From Macrostomum lignano (Eukaryota), in contig NIVC01001035.1 of NCBI GenBank assembly GCA_002269645.1, forward strand, positions 1 through 64,000: 64,000 nucleotides of DNA, given 5' to 3'. Shown piece after piece: positions 21,871 through 34,100 of the stretch. The notes beneath the pieces were generated by a model. The model saw only the letters and a program-made list of their open reading frames with translations, was not told the DNA's origin and did not search any database. Made by a program: the position numbers and the translations under genes. The first letter of the stretch is position 1, and every line of letters starts with the position of its first letter.

Positions 21871-22784
21871 TTCAATAACCATCTGTAGTTATCTGTAGTT
21901 TATAACTGCACAATTGCTTAATCCAAAAGTACCATCTCCATCAACCGCTGTAAAATAGTGCCCCACGCCAGCCCGTCTTCATCTAGCTATTGAATGGTTC
22001 AATTCGTTTGTCATCTCGATGACTGAAAATGATTTTTTAATTTGATAAAAATGTGTCAATATCATTTTGAATAGTTGATTTGAATGCAAGAAGTGCCATC
22101 CTTATTTAGCGATGGCACTTTGCAGTCGCTTTCTGTTATTGATAAGTTCGCTAACTGCATCAGTTCCCGTGTTAGCATGTAAAATGTATGTAATATGTAT
22201 GTATAATTTTAATTAATTGTTCGATTGACAATTGCAGCAATCGAAATTGATAGCAATTTATTTAACTAATAGCAAATTAATTTGAAAATGAAAACTTCTC
22301 TGAAATATGGTCGACAATGCTTTTAATATAATTTGCATTTTTTTCATTTTACTATCATACTACTGCATATCATACTATAGTTGAAGGTAGTATATTAAGG
22401 TTTATTTATAACATTCTTATAAATTGAAATTAGCATCAGTGACTGCGAGTCTTTTGCGTTTAAATAGCATAATATAAAATGCAGTCATTGTTTGGAACCT
22501 TCATTCGCATACGTACATGTACAAGTACAAAGTGCTAGAAGTACTTTTATCTAGGAAAGCTGTACATCTAGTGTATAAATAGTATACAAATAGATTATTA
22601 TTGTTCGCATTACTTTTATAGATTAATATTAAACTACGGTGGAGACATCTTCTAGGGGAATAAATAAACTTGCTGCGCAATACACAATGAATTCCTACTG
22701 AGAAGCACTACTGTTAAAAACATTCATAAAGAGATGCTGAGATCATGAAGGAACCCGGCCTGTTGAGCTATTCTTATTGAACTA

Positions 22785-23133
22785 CTCAGAGATCCTTACT
22801 TAGCTACTCAGATATCCCCAATTCAGCTACTCAGAGATCCCCGATTCAGCTACTCAGAGATCCCCAATTCTGCTACTCAGAGATCCCCAATTCAGCTACT
22901 CAGATATCCTCAATTCAGCTACTCAGATATCCTCAATTCAGCTACTCAGAGATCCCCAATTCAGCTACTCAGAGATCCCCAATTCTGCTACTCAGAGATC
23001 CCCAATTCAGCTACTCAGAGATCCCCAATTCAGCTACTCAGAGATCCCCAATTCAGCTACTCAGAGATCCCCAATTCAGCTACTCAGAGATCCCCAATTC
23101 AGCTACTCAGAGATCCCCAATTCTGCTACTCAA
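22785..23133. repeat. 23-bp minisatellite (CAGCTACTCAGAGATCCCCAATT)
   Basis: About 15 copies ending ~50 nt past the bHLH stop codon. Confidence 0.93.
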
Positions 23134-23181
23134 TTAGGTCCTAGCCGGTCTCAAAAATCCTTACCGTATTCAGGGATCCCG

Positions 23182-24494
23182 TTAGCGGTTACCAGAATCG
23201 AGCTGTCGCGAACTTTCAGCAGGATGATTTCCCCGTATTCGCTCCAAATATCGCTCAGATCGCTTCTTCAGTTCTTCCGGCGCAGCTATTCTATCCAGCC
23301 ATTGCTCGGGAAATTTCTCTTCTAGTAGCAGCCGAGAATCGGCAGCCGCCTGCAGATGATCAGTGAAAGCGTCTGTAACACTTTGAGCAATCAGTTTATA
23401 GAAGAGTTCGAACCTAGGACTTTCCAGCCAGCGAGTTTGCACATAGTCTATGGCCTGACTCGATGGCATTGTGGAGACCGATAGCAGCGCTCGAAGACGC
23501 TCGATTTCGGCCGATTGGTCAGTGATTTCTTGCTCAACGGCTTGAATTCGATCGGCGCACAGCTTGAGTAGAGCAGACTCGGACACGTGCCTGCTCAGTC
23601 CAGAATATCGATTCACTGCTGGAGATTTGGCCTGGTTGTCAAGCGTATCGATGCCGCAGACTCTGCTTAGCAACTTGACGCCGTCGCGAATCTTTGACAG
23701 TCGGCGCAGTTCGGCCTCTTTATGTGCCGGTCGCTGGTGTCTCTTGATTGGCTGCAGCAACTGACACGCCTGCAGATGGGCGTAGGGTGAGCCCGGATCG
23801 GAGGATACGCCCGATGAGGCTGCGGCTGACCTGGTGTGTGTGTTTGGTTATCTTGGTAAATAAGTACATGTTGTGCTTGTAAAATTGCCGTTGTCAGGGA
23901 CGTTTGCCATTGCGGTAGGTAATCAAGTATACATTTGTAAATGCTCTTTAGGAGCGGGAATAAGGCCAGGTAAGACGGAGAGAGTGGGCTGAAGGAGAGA
24001 GGGTGAGAAGGAGAGAGGGGAGAAGGAGAGAGGGGGAGAAGGCGAGAGGGGAGAAGAAGCCAGGGGGGAGGAAAGAGAGGGGAGAAGGCGAGAGGGGAGA
24101 AGAAGCGAGGGGGAGGAAAGAGAGGGGAGAAGGCGAGAGGGGAGAATGAGAGAGGGGAGAAGGTGAGAGGGGAGAGGAGGGAGAAAGTGGAGAGTGCAGG
24201 AGTAGGGAGAAGTCAAATACGAGTGTATGTCGTACATTCACGTGTTAATGCAATGCGAAGTATACACTGATGAGATAAGAGCATTAGATTAGTATGTACA
24301 TTAGAAATGAAAAGCCAACCATCCCTCATCCCGGCATACCTGGTGGCACCCGAGCCAGCTGCTTGAGGTTGCAGCAGCCCTATCAGTCGATTCTGCTGCT
24401 GAAGCAATTCACTTTTCTGTTGCTTTTGCTGCTGCTGCTGCTCTGCTTGCAGCAATCTCTTGAAGTAGGCATCCGTGAAGTATGGATCAGTCAT
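23182..24494 (-). CDS. Mondo/Mlx-family bHLH-leucine zipper protein; complement(join(23182..23830,24340..24494)), 267 aa; further upstream exons possible
   Basis: Basic region HKEAELRR, helix 2 SESALLKLCADRI, heptad zipper, and a DCD-like tail YVQTR..RFELF...EQWLDRIAAP; phase-2 GT-AG intron matches. Confidence 0.65.
23975..24210. repeat. Polypurine array in bHLH intron
   Basis: Read directly. Confidence 0.85.
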
Positions 24495-25811
24495 TTGTTT
24501 CTTCTAATCGATATGATGATTCTAATTCGATATAACTCGTGACGCACTTTCAGTACGAGTATCACAATTGTCTCTTATAAGAAGTCTCAGTTTGAGCTTT
24601 TCTACTTTTTTTTCTATCTGCCTCTGCTATTACCAGCGCAAAAGTATTTTTATACAGCGTACACTGTGTATTCACGCGTGAACGCAGCCTAAATTATTAT
24701 TTGACTATAAGCATGAGTACGCCGCCTGAACCAATGGCTAGGTGGCTGCATTGTACCTTTCATACACAGAGATCTGATATAATAACCTTTAGTAGGGTTA
24801 GGGCTGTTTATTTTTATGCTATAAAATTTCTTTTCGAAGACAGAAGGATCGCAACAATAGCAGTCTAGTTTTGAACCGGTCCAGCCGCTCAACACTGATG
24901 CGCCATCCAGTTGCAAGTACTCTCTGCTCTGCCACTGCGTATTATTGCTGACTGGCTGTGCGCACGTGCTGCTGTAGCGCTGCTGCTTCTACTGAAGCCT
25001 GAGTTGCCACTCTCTAGGGTGAGGGTGAGTGTGGCCTCTGCTCTGCCCTACCATAAAGCTGAAATTTATTGTAGATGTCCAAAAGGAGGGATAGAGAGGT
25101 TAAGGCAGAAGAGAGGGTGGTAGAAGGAGAGGGAGATAGTGAGAGGACAGGAAAGTGCATAAACTGTCATATTACCTCAGTATTTCAGAAGCTATAACCA
25201 AAAATCATTTTTAAATTGGATTTAGAGCATGTGAATGTTAATAGTTTAACTTTGAGTCGGGTGTCTTTTCTTAGCTTTACTTATACACAAGTGTTTAAAT
25301 CGTTACTCTCTACTGAAAGTAGCATCTCTAAGATAGCTAAACTCGTATGTTTGTTGAAATCACACTACTTAAAATGGTTTCCCTCTATATATCTAGTTAT
25401 CTATGTGGTTTCCAAGTACCATTGAAGCTAAAAGACCTGAACAAGATCGAAAGCAGCAATAAACCAGCTGCCTTCATTCTCTCAGACACTTAGAAATAAA
25501 TTTACCTTTTCAAATAGTCATTGAATGATTTATTTGAGATGAGTAGTTCGTTGAGCAAACAAAAAATTCACTCTGAAGAGGAAAGAAGTGCGTGTAATTA
25601 CCTTTGCCATTTCTCTTAAAAACTCCTCCCGTTTGGTCTTAGACTTCTTGCTATGACTTTCTTACCTTCGAAGCTTTAGCTGCGAGTCTCTCAGAACCAT
25701 TTGATTTTAAAAGAGGGATATTATTTAGACTGGAGAGCGCAAAGCTAAAGATTACCGATTTCATAGCAAGTCAAGGATCCGCGCGGGCATACAGTTTCGA
25801 GTTTAGCCGTT

Positions 25812-25920
25812 GGAATAGCAGTTGGGATAGCAGTTGAGATAGCAGTTGAGATAGCAGTTGAGATAGCAGTTGAGAATAGCAGTTGAGATAGCAGTTGGGA
25901 TAGCAGTTGAGATAGCAGTT
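25812..25920. repeat. 12-bp repeat (GAGATAGCAGTT)
   Basis: About 9 copies. Confidence 0.9.
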
Positions 25921-26679
25921 AGGTAGATGCGGCCTCTCGCTAGCTCAGGCCTGCGATATTTGGGAAGCCCGACATTTGACTGCCAACATTTCACAGCCAT
26001 TAATTTTACTTATCAAAATTTTACTGCTAGACCAGATACTTCAGTCCAGCGCTCCTTGCACTCCTCGTGCACAGCAGACTCGTGAGACCTGGACTGGAGG
26101 ATCCACATTGGCCAGATAGGCATGAAGAGCCGGAGAGGACACACGCACAGACAGATAAGAGAGTGGAAATGGAGTCAGTCAGTTTGTGTCGATGTTTCAG
26201 CACAGAACAGCGCAAGCGTACAGGCGCACATGAGAGATTTATAAGTGGGGGCCATTCACTCCTCTTTCCTCTCTCCCTCTCCTTATCTCTGCCGCTTGTG
26301 TGTTACATTCCGGTTGGGGCTGTACATTTGTACACCCCAATAAAACCACAGCCTTCGCTTCCTCAATCAATTCCTGAAAGTGATTTTATAGCTTAATTCT
26401 TGAAATAGAATTTTTCGTCTATTAAAGTCGTTTCTCGTTTGAGAAATTATCGATCTTTCTTGGAATGTTTGAGTGAATTAGCTAATTATGTTATATAAGC
26501 TTGAATTAAGGTAAGCCTTCTTTCTGCTTTTCTGTCACGAAATTCAAAAAGAAAGCCGAAGCAGATAAGTTTAGCTCCCTTCATTTTAATACTGCTTGAT
26601 TTGGTGACCTGGTGTGCTCAACGAGTATATATTTTTATGCAAACAAACAGACAAATGAAGTGTTTTGCGGCTACAAGAT

Positions 26680-28295
26680 AGGAGAGAGAGATGAGACAGA
26701 CTAAAGAGAGAGATAAGACAGCCCAGATCAGAGGGAGATCGGACAGACCATAGAAAAATGAGACAGACCAGATAGAGATGGGACAGACCAGAGATGGGAC
26801 ACACCAGAGATGGGACAGACCAGAGATGGGACAGACCAGAGATGGGACAGACCAGAGATGGGACAGACCAGAGATGGGACAGATCAGAGATGAGACAGAC
26901 CAGAGAGAGATGGGACAGACCAGAGATGGGACAGACCAGAGAGAGATGAGACAGACCAGAGAGAGATGGGACAGACCAGAGAGAGATGGGACAGACCAGA
27001 GAGAGATGAGACAGACCAGAGAGAGATGGGACAGACCAGAGAGAGATGAGACAGACCAGAGAGAGATGGGACAGACCAGAGATGGGACAGACCAGAGAGA
27101 AATGAGACAGACCAGAGAGAGATGGGACAGACCAGAGAGAGATGGGACAGACCAGAGAGAGATGGGACAGACCAGAGATGGGACAGACCAGAGATGGGAC
27201 AGACCAGAGATGGGACAGACCAGAGATGGGACAGACCAGAAATGGGACAGACCAGAGATGGGACAGACCAGAGATGGGACACACCAGAGATGGGACAGAC
27301 CAGAGAGAGATGGGACAGACCAGAGATGGGACACACCAGAGATGGGACAGACCAGAGATGGGACAGACCAGAGATGGGACAGACCAGAAATGGGACAGAC
27401 CAGAGATGGGACAGACCAGAGATGGGACAGACCAGAGATGGGACACACCAGAGATGGGACAGACCAGAGATGGGACAGACCAGAGATGGGACAGACCAGA
27501 AATGGGACAGACCAGAGATGGGACAGACCAGAGATGGGACAGACCAGAGATGGGACACACCAGAGATGGGACAGACCAGAGATGGGACAGACCAGAAATG
27601 GGACAGACCAGAGATGGGACAGACCAGAGATGGGACAGACCAGAGATGGGACAGACCAGAGATGGGACAGACCAGAGATGGGACAGACTAGAGATGGGAC
27701 AGACCAGAGATGGGACAGACTAGAGATGGGACAGACCAGAGATGGGACAGACCAGAGATGGGACAGACCAGAGATGGGACAGACCAGAGATGGGACAGAC
27801 CAGAGATGGGACAGACCAGAGATGGGACAGACCAGAGATGGGACAGACCAGAGATGGAACAGACCAGAGATGGAACAGACCAGAGATGGGACAGACCAGA
27901 GATGGAACAGACCAGAGATGGGACAGACCAGAGATGGAACAGACCAGAGATGGGACAGACCAAAGATGGAACAGACCAGAGATGGGACAGACCAGAGATG
28001 GGACAGACCAGAGATGGAACAGACCAGAGATGGGACAGACCAGAGAGAGATGGGACAGACCAGAGATGTGACAGACCAGAGATGGGACAAACCAGAGATG
28101 GGACAGACCAGAGATGGGACAGACCAGAGATGGGACAGACCAGAGATAGGACAGACCAGAGATGGGACAGACCAGAGATGTGACAGACCAGAGATGGGAC
28201 AGACCAGAGAGAGATGGGACAGACCAGAGATGTGACAGACCAGAGATGGGACAGACCAGAGAGAGATGGGACAGACCAGAGAGAGATGGGACAGC
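26680..28295. repeat. 16-bp minisatellite (CAGAGATGGGACAGAC)
   Basis: About 100 copies; generates long spurious ORFs on both strands. Confidence 0.96.
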
Positions 28296-29110
28296 TTAGA
28301 GAAGAATCGCAGAACAAAAAGAAAAAAAGGAGACAACAAATTCTCTCGCTCACGCACACGAGAGTAAGGGAAGGCATTTCACGTACTGGTGGGCTGTGCG
28401 TGCCAAGTGCGCAGGCGCTCCGCAGTCGCAATTGGCGTTTGCTTATTTACATAATTTTCAATCCACTATATGCCAAGGCATGTCGTGTAAGACTGACTCC
28501 AGCGGCGGAGAGCGGCACTACATTCTGTAGTTACCACTAATAGTTAATGAAATAAAACTATACAGTCACTCTCTCTCTCTCTCTGCGTGTGTATAAGGCA
28601 CGAGGCCATAGTGGCAGTTTTTCTATTGTATAAAGACGATTTACACGATTTGTTACTCATGGTTGAGATTGGTGCAGTTTTGTCACGGTAAGTTCCTATA
28701 TACTGCTAGCTATCTATTTGTAACCCGGTTTAGCAAAGCACAAGCGATTGTTTAAAAAGTGCTCGATCCTTGACAGTCTCCTCGTCCGATGCGTTTTGCT
28801 TTAAACTGGGTGGCCGGCCAAAAGAAACCCGCGTTTAGTTTGCATTGGACGGAATTCTGTTAAGGGTTGGCCTCGCTGTTGATCGACTCGTGAGAGCTCA
28901 TCTTTTTTTGATATTCTCATTGCTCCTGTGTGCTTGCTTTTGCTTGTTTAGTGTGCTGTTCTGTTGTTCTGTTTAATTGTTGAGTTTCTGTGCTGCTTTG
29001 TGAGTTCTGTCGTTTTAAACGAGCCTACCGAACCGGAATAAAGGTTCAATTATTCAATTTTAAGGAAACTCTGTTTTCCTATCGATACTACTAGTTAGCA
29101 GTAGGATTAA

Positions 29111-29749
29111 ATGAGCATACAGATGTTGTACGAAACCAAGTTAGAAAACGAGATTGAAAGGCTGATGAAGTCGGAGGAGACTGCTTCGGCATTCAATTCA
29201 TTAGAAAGTGAGGGCGAGAGGGAGAGAAGATCGAGGGGTAGATGGATAGGAGAGAGGAGAGAGGAGAGGACATCTAAGTCACTCCTCAGACTTCAAAGTC
29301 TCCATCCGTTAAGTCACTCTCCAGACCTTTAAGTCCCACTCCGGACTTTAGAGTGAGTCACTCTCCAGACCTTTAAGTCACTCTCCGGACTTTAGAGTGA
29401 GTCACTCTCCAGACCTTTAAGTCACTCTCCAGATCTCTAGGTCACTCTACAGACTTTTAGGTCATTCTCCAAACCTTTAAATCACTCATCAGACCTTAGA
29501 AGCACTCTCCAGACCTTTAAGTCACACTCCGGACCTTAGAGTGAGCCACTATCCAGACTTTAGAGTCCCTCTCCAGACCTTCAAGACCCAACTGAACTTG
29601 CAGCTGCTCATCCGTCCGCTGCTACTCAGCCGGCTGCATCAGTGGCAGCCGCTTCTGATGGACCTCAACCGCGTCGGCTCCTGGCACCAGAAACAGAGAA
29701 ATTTGCTGCTCCAATTGATGACCATGGGGGTCGGCCTTCATGGCCGTGA
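29111..29749 (+). CDS. Possible small two-exon orphan ORF, join(29111..29237,29586..29749), 96 aa
   Basis: Phase-1 GT-AG intron filled by a 20-bp repeat; no recognisable homology. Confidence 0.2.
29295..29580. repeat. Degenerate 20-bp repeat (CTTTAAGTCACTCTCCAGAC)
   Basis: Read directly. Confidence 0.85.
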
Positions 29750-29850
29750 GACAACATCTGGGCCAATTTTCGTGCGCACAAGCCCCAAATTAATGTGGTC
29801 GCTCAAGGAATCGAACCAAGGGTCGCGGACTGCTCTGCCACCAGTGATAA
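29730..29850 (-). mobile_element. tRNA-derived SINE fragment (third copy)
   Basis: Reverse-complement B box GGAATCGAACC at 29807-29817; AGCCCCAAATTAATGTG is identical to the copy at ~13587. Confidence 0.6.
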
Positions 29851-30629
29851 GTAAGTTGTATATATATTTCTAGCGTGATTGATTTATTGCCAAAACTAAT
29901 TCGAAAGAATTTATAATTGCAAAACTTTATCTACAAAAATGTTAATATTTCTACTAGCAATCTGGCTGACAAGTAGTGTACTTCGAATATAAAATAAATA
30001 TCATCTTTTGTTGAATATTTTGTATTTAAACAATCATCAAATTTTATCGGAAATAATTTCGTGTTTTATAGTTAGTTAGTTTGAAGCAATTGCTCATGTT
30101 TATCCTTCATCTCCTCTTCTCAAAGCTGTCCAATTAAAACCTTGAAAAGCCGAAAAGCTTACAACAAAGATTTTGCTGCTGCTGCAACTTTCAATAGCTG
30201 GTTAAAAATCTCTTAATCTCTTTTTCTGCGAAATTTCTCGCTCAATACCCAGAGATGTTGCTAATCCTGCAGGCTAGAATTGATGCGGCTAATTAGTGTA
30301 AGGGCAGCGGCTTCGGGATTAAGGATGTTTTGGGTCTGAAGGAAGGAAATTGGGACAGGCAATCTCTTTAATCTGCTCTAATTGGAATCTCCAGTGTCCC
30401 AATGACTTTAATGATGCAGAAACTCGCTCTGGAAAATATTTGCCAATATGACAGGCATTCAGAGCTCTGTATTTTCTTCCTGTGTACTTAAAATATTGCG
30501 ATTAATGACTGTACATGTATATCTGCTGGGGGAAATGGGAAGACTTTGAAACAGGAGCGAATAACTGAAGAGACAGGGCAAATGTTCAACAGGTCCTTGA
30601 TGGAAGATTGTTTGAGGGGTAAGAACAGA

Positions 30630-30850
30630 AGAGAGTAGAAAGGAGAAGAAAGGAGATGAGAGGATCGAGCTAAGATGAGAGGAGAAGAGAGAAGATGAGA
30701 TTAGAGAAGAGAGGAGATCAGATAAGAGGAAAAGAGGAGATCAGATGAAAGGAAGAGATGAGATGATAGGAGATGAGAGGAGAAGGAGATGAGATGAGAT
30801 GATATGAGATGAAATGAGATAAGAGGAGAGGAGAGGAGATGAGAGGATCG
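30630..30850. repeat. GA-rich low-complexity array
   Basis: Read directly. Confidence 0.8.
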
Positions 30851-30966
30851 AATGGGGAGGACAGATTGAGAGGGACTGGGCTCTCGAACTCTAGAATACA
30901 ACTAGCCACTGAGGAATCACAGTGACAGTGGGGCTGACAAACGCAAGCTGCTGTCAATCCAGCCTC

Positions 30967-31054
30967 TCAGATGAAGATCTCGCACCGAGTCTGTATGCAT
31001 TTGTCATTGCCGAAGCACTCAATGATGTCCTCTCGAATAACCATGGTGGCTCTG

Positions 31055-31105
<51 letters not shown>

Positions 31106-34100
31106 GGCTGCCGCTGCTGACAGCCGCTGCTAGCAGGGGAGCCACTCCTCGGCGGAGGCCGCACCTTGAAGGTGTGCTTCGTCCACGGCCGGTGATCCTT
31201 CTTTCGAGTTGACGCCGCAGCGCCAGCTGCGTCAGCTTTGAGTTGCTGTTGCTGCAGCAGCTGCTGACGCTGCGATCCGTTGAGGTTCCGTCCGCCGCTG
31301 CTGGAGGTCCAAGTCGGCGACAGGAGCGCGGTGCTGGGCCCGCCGCCTGCCCCGCCTTCATCGGCTCCGCCAGCCGCCTCCAGCGAGTCCTGCTGGCAGT
31401 CGAAGACTGAGTCATCCACTGGCGGCACGATGATCAGCTCGATGTTCTCGGATTTGTTGTCCGTCGGGTTGCTGCCAAGGCCGCGGTGGCCGCCACTGCT
31501 GCGGCGGTGGCAGCAGGCCGGCAGGCGGACTGCCAGGTCGTCTGCATGGGTGGTTTGGTGGGGTGAGATTTTGGTGGCTTTGGGTGAGATTTTGGTGGCT
31601 TTGGGTGAGATTTTGGTGGCTTTGGGTGAGATTTTGGTGGCATTGGGTGAGATTTTGGTGGCTTTGGTGAGATTTTGGTGGCTTTGGGTGAGATTTTGGT
31701 GGCTTTGGGTGAGATTTTGGTGGCTTTGGGTGAGATTTTGGTGGCTTTGGGTGAGATTTTGGTGGCTTTGGGTGAGATTTTGGTGACAATGGGTGAGATT
31801 TCGGTGACATTGGGTGAGATTCTATTGTCATTTGGTGAGATTTTATTGTCATTGGGTGAGGTTTTATTGTCATTGGGTGAGGTTTTATTGACATTGGGTG
31901 AGACTTTATTGTCATATGGTGAGATTTTATTGTCACTTGGTGAGATTTTATTGTCATTGGGTGAGATTTTGGTGACATTGGGTGAGAATTTGGTGAAATT
32001 AGTTTAGATTTTATTCGTATTTTATTTCACCCTGAGTTCGATAGCACAGATCTTTGAAATCTGTCCTGATCCATTCCTCATCATTCTTGATCGGGCCCTG
32101 GGTGTAGAACCACGGCGTGAAGAAATCGTTAAAGAAGATGTGCAGCACCACGAAGTCCTGATCATCCCGACGGATTCGAAGGATGTTGGCGGCGTTCCAG
32201 GGACCATAGGCCTCTTCCAGCAGCTGCATGAAGTGGCTGGCAAACCGCATGCTGTGGAATGTCACTCCGTAGCGGTTGCCTTCGTGTGACACGGTGTACC
32301 ATCCTGAGTGACAGGGGAGAGTGACAGTGTGCCATTATGAGTGACAGGGGTGATTGGAAAGAGTGACAGGGGTGATGGGGAGAGAGTGACAGGGTGATGG
32401 AGAGAGTGACAGAGTTGATAGGGGAGAGTGACAGGGTGATGGAGAGAGTGACAGAGTTGATAAGGGAGAGTGACAGGGGTGATGGGGAGAGAGTGACAGA
32501 GTTGATAGGGGAGAGTGACAGGGTTGATGGGGAGAGTGACAGGGGTGATGGGGAGAGTGACAGGGGTGATGGGGCAGAGTGACAGGGGTGATGGGGGAGA
32601 GTGACAGGGTGATGGGGAGAGAGTGACAGGGTGATAGGGGAGAGTGACGGTGATGGAGAGAGTGACAGGGGTGATGGGGAGAGAGTGACACGATGGGCCA
32701 ACATAAGCGACTTTGTTCTGCGCCTATAGTAGTCTTAGATTTAAAAAATCAACCTATAGAAAAGCGCAGTTTTATGCCATAAAATCGTGGCTTATAGATG
32801 CATGTCTCACTTCAAACGCCTTCATTTTAGATTACTGTCTTTTACAACCTTTCTTACCTACGAGTAAATCCTCATTCTTGTCTGAGTAAATAATTGATGG
32901 CAATTAAAATTAGCAACTTTCGAGAAAGAAAGATAATGAGACAGGTCAGACAGTTGATGGGCTGTCACGCAATTCAAATCACTTTTCTGAGCACTAATTC
33001 ACAACTCACTTGTGTCCATTGCGAACTGGTATTCCTCTGAAATGAAATTCGAATTGGTGCGACGATAAAATGAGACTTCGTTAGCTAAATGAGATTTCTT
33101 AGATAATTAAATACCTGACTGGCGTCTTGTTCAAGTTGCCAATTAGCTGAAATAATTTTGCCGCTAATTCGAGTGGGAATGAGTTTTCTAAGAAAGCTGA
33201 GCTCAAATTTCCAGCACATTAAGAGATGAGAACAGAGCTTACAAAGTCACTTGCTACATTCGATAAGCTGCTAAAATGTTACTCATTGTGCTTTAAGCCT
33301 TCCGTCTCTTCCCTCTGAAGCGACTGGTTAAAGTAAAGATTATGCTTTCGATACAAGTCGGCAGAAATCACATGAGCTACTGTCCGAGCTACTGTCTGAG
33401 CTACTGTCCGAGCTACTGTCCGAGCTACTGTCTGAGCTACTGTCTGAGCTACTGTCTGAGCTACTGTCTGAGCTACTGTCTGAGCTACTGTCTGAGCTAC
33501 TGTCTGAGCTACTGTCTGAGCTACTGTCTGAGCTACTGTCTGAGCTACTGTCCGAGCTACTGTCCGAGCTACTGTCCGAGCTACTGTCTGAGCTATTGTC
33601 CGATCTACTATCTGAGCTACTGTCTGAGCTACTGCCCGAGCTACTGTCCGAGCTACTGTCTGAGCTATTGTCCGATCTACTATCTGAGCTACTGTCTGAG
33701 CTATTGTCCGATCTACTATCTGAGCTACTGTCTGAGCTACTATCTGAGCTACTGCCCGAGCTACTGTCCGAGCTACTGTCTGAGCTACTGTCTGAGCTAC
33801 TGTCCGAGCTACTCTCCGAGGTCACAGAATAGTCTGTGTATATTCTGCGGTCTGAGCTACTGTCCGAACTACTGTCCGAGCCACGCAGATGACTCACCCG
33901 GCTCGCACAGCACAGGAAATTCATGGTAGCAGCGGTCGCAAGCCCGGAATAGCTGAATCGTGTAGCCCAAAGCCATAAATATTACTATGGCAACCGTGAT
34001 CCCGATTCCTATCGCCCACTTCATGCCGACTCTGCGGGATTTCAGCAAGTCATAAATTTTCCCCAGTGTACTGTCAGTCTCACCGTGAATCTGAGAACTT

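Noticed and set aside
26586-28431. Up to 579-aa repetitive ORFs on both strands
   Set aside because: 16-bp tandem repeat translated with a 16-aa period
32031-32303. DEG/ENaC-like similarity of FVVLHIFFNDF
   Set aside because: No following TM2/GxS motif; the exon lies after the TM of a Shisa-like protein
33340-33929. Dentin-sialophosphoprotein-like (SSD)n ORF
   Set aside because: 12-bp intronic repeat that starts after a GTGAGT donor
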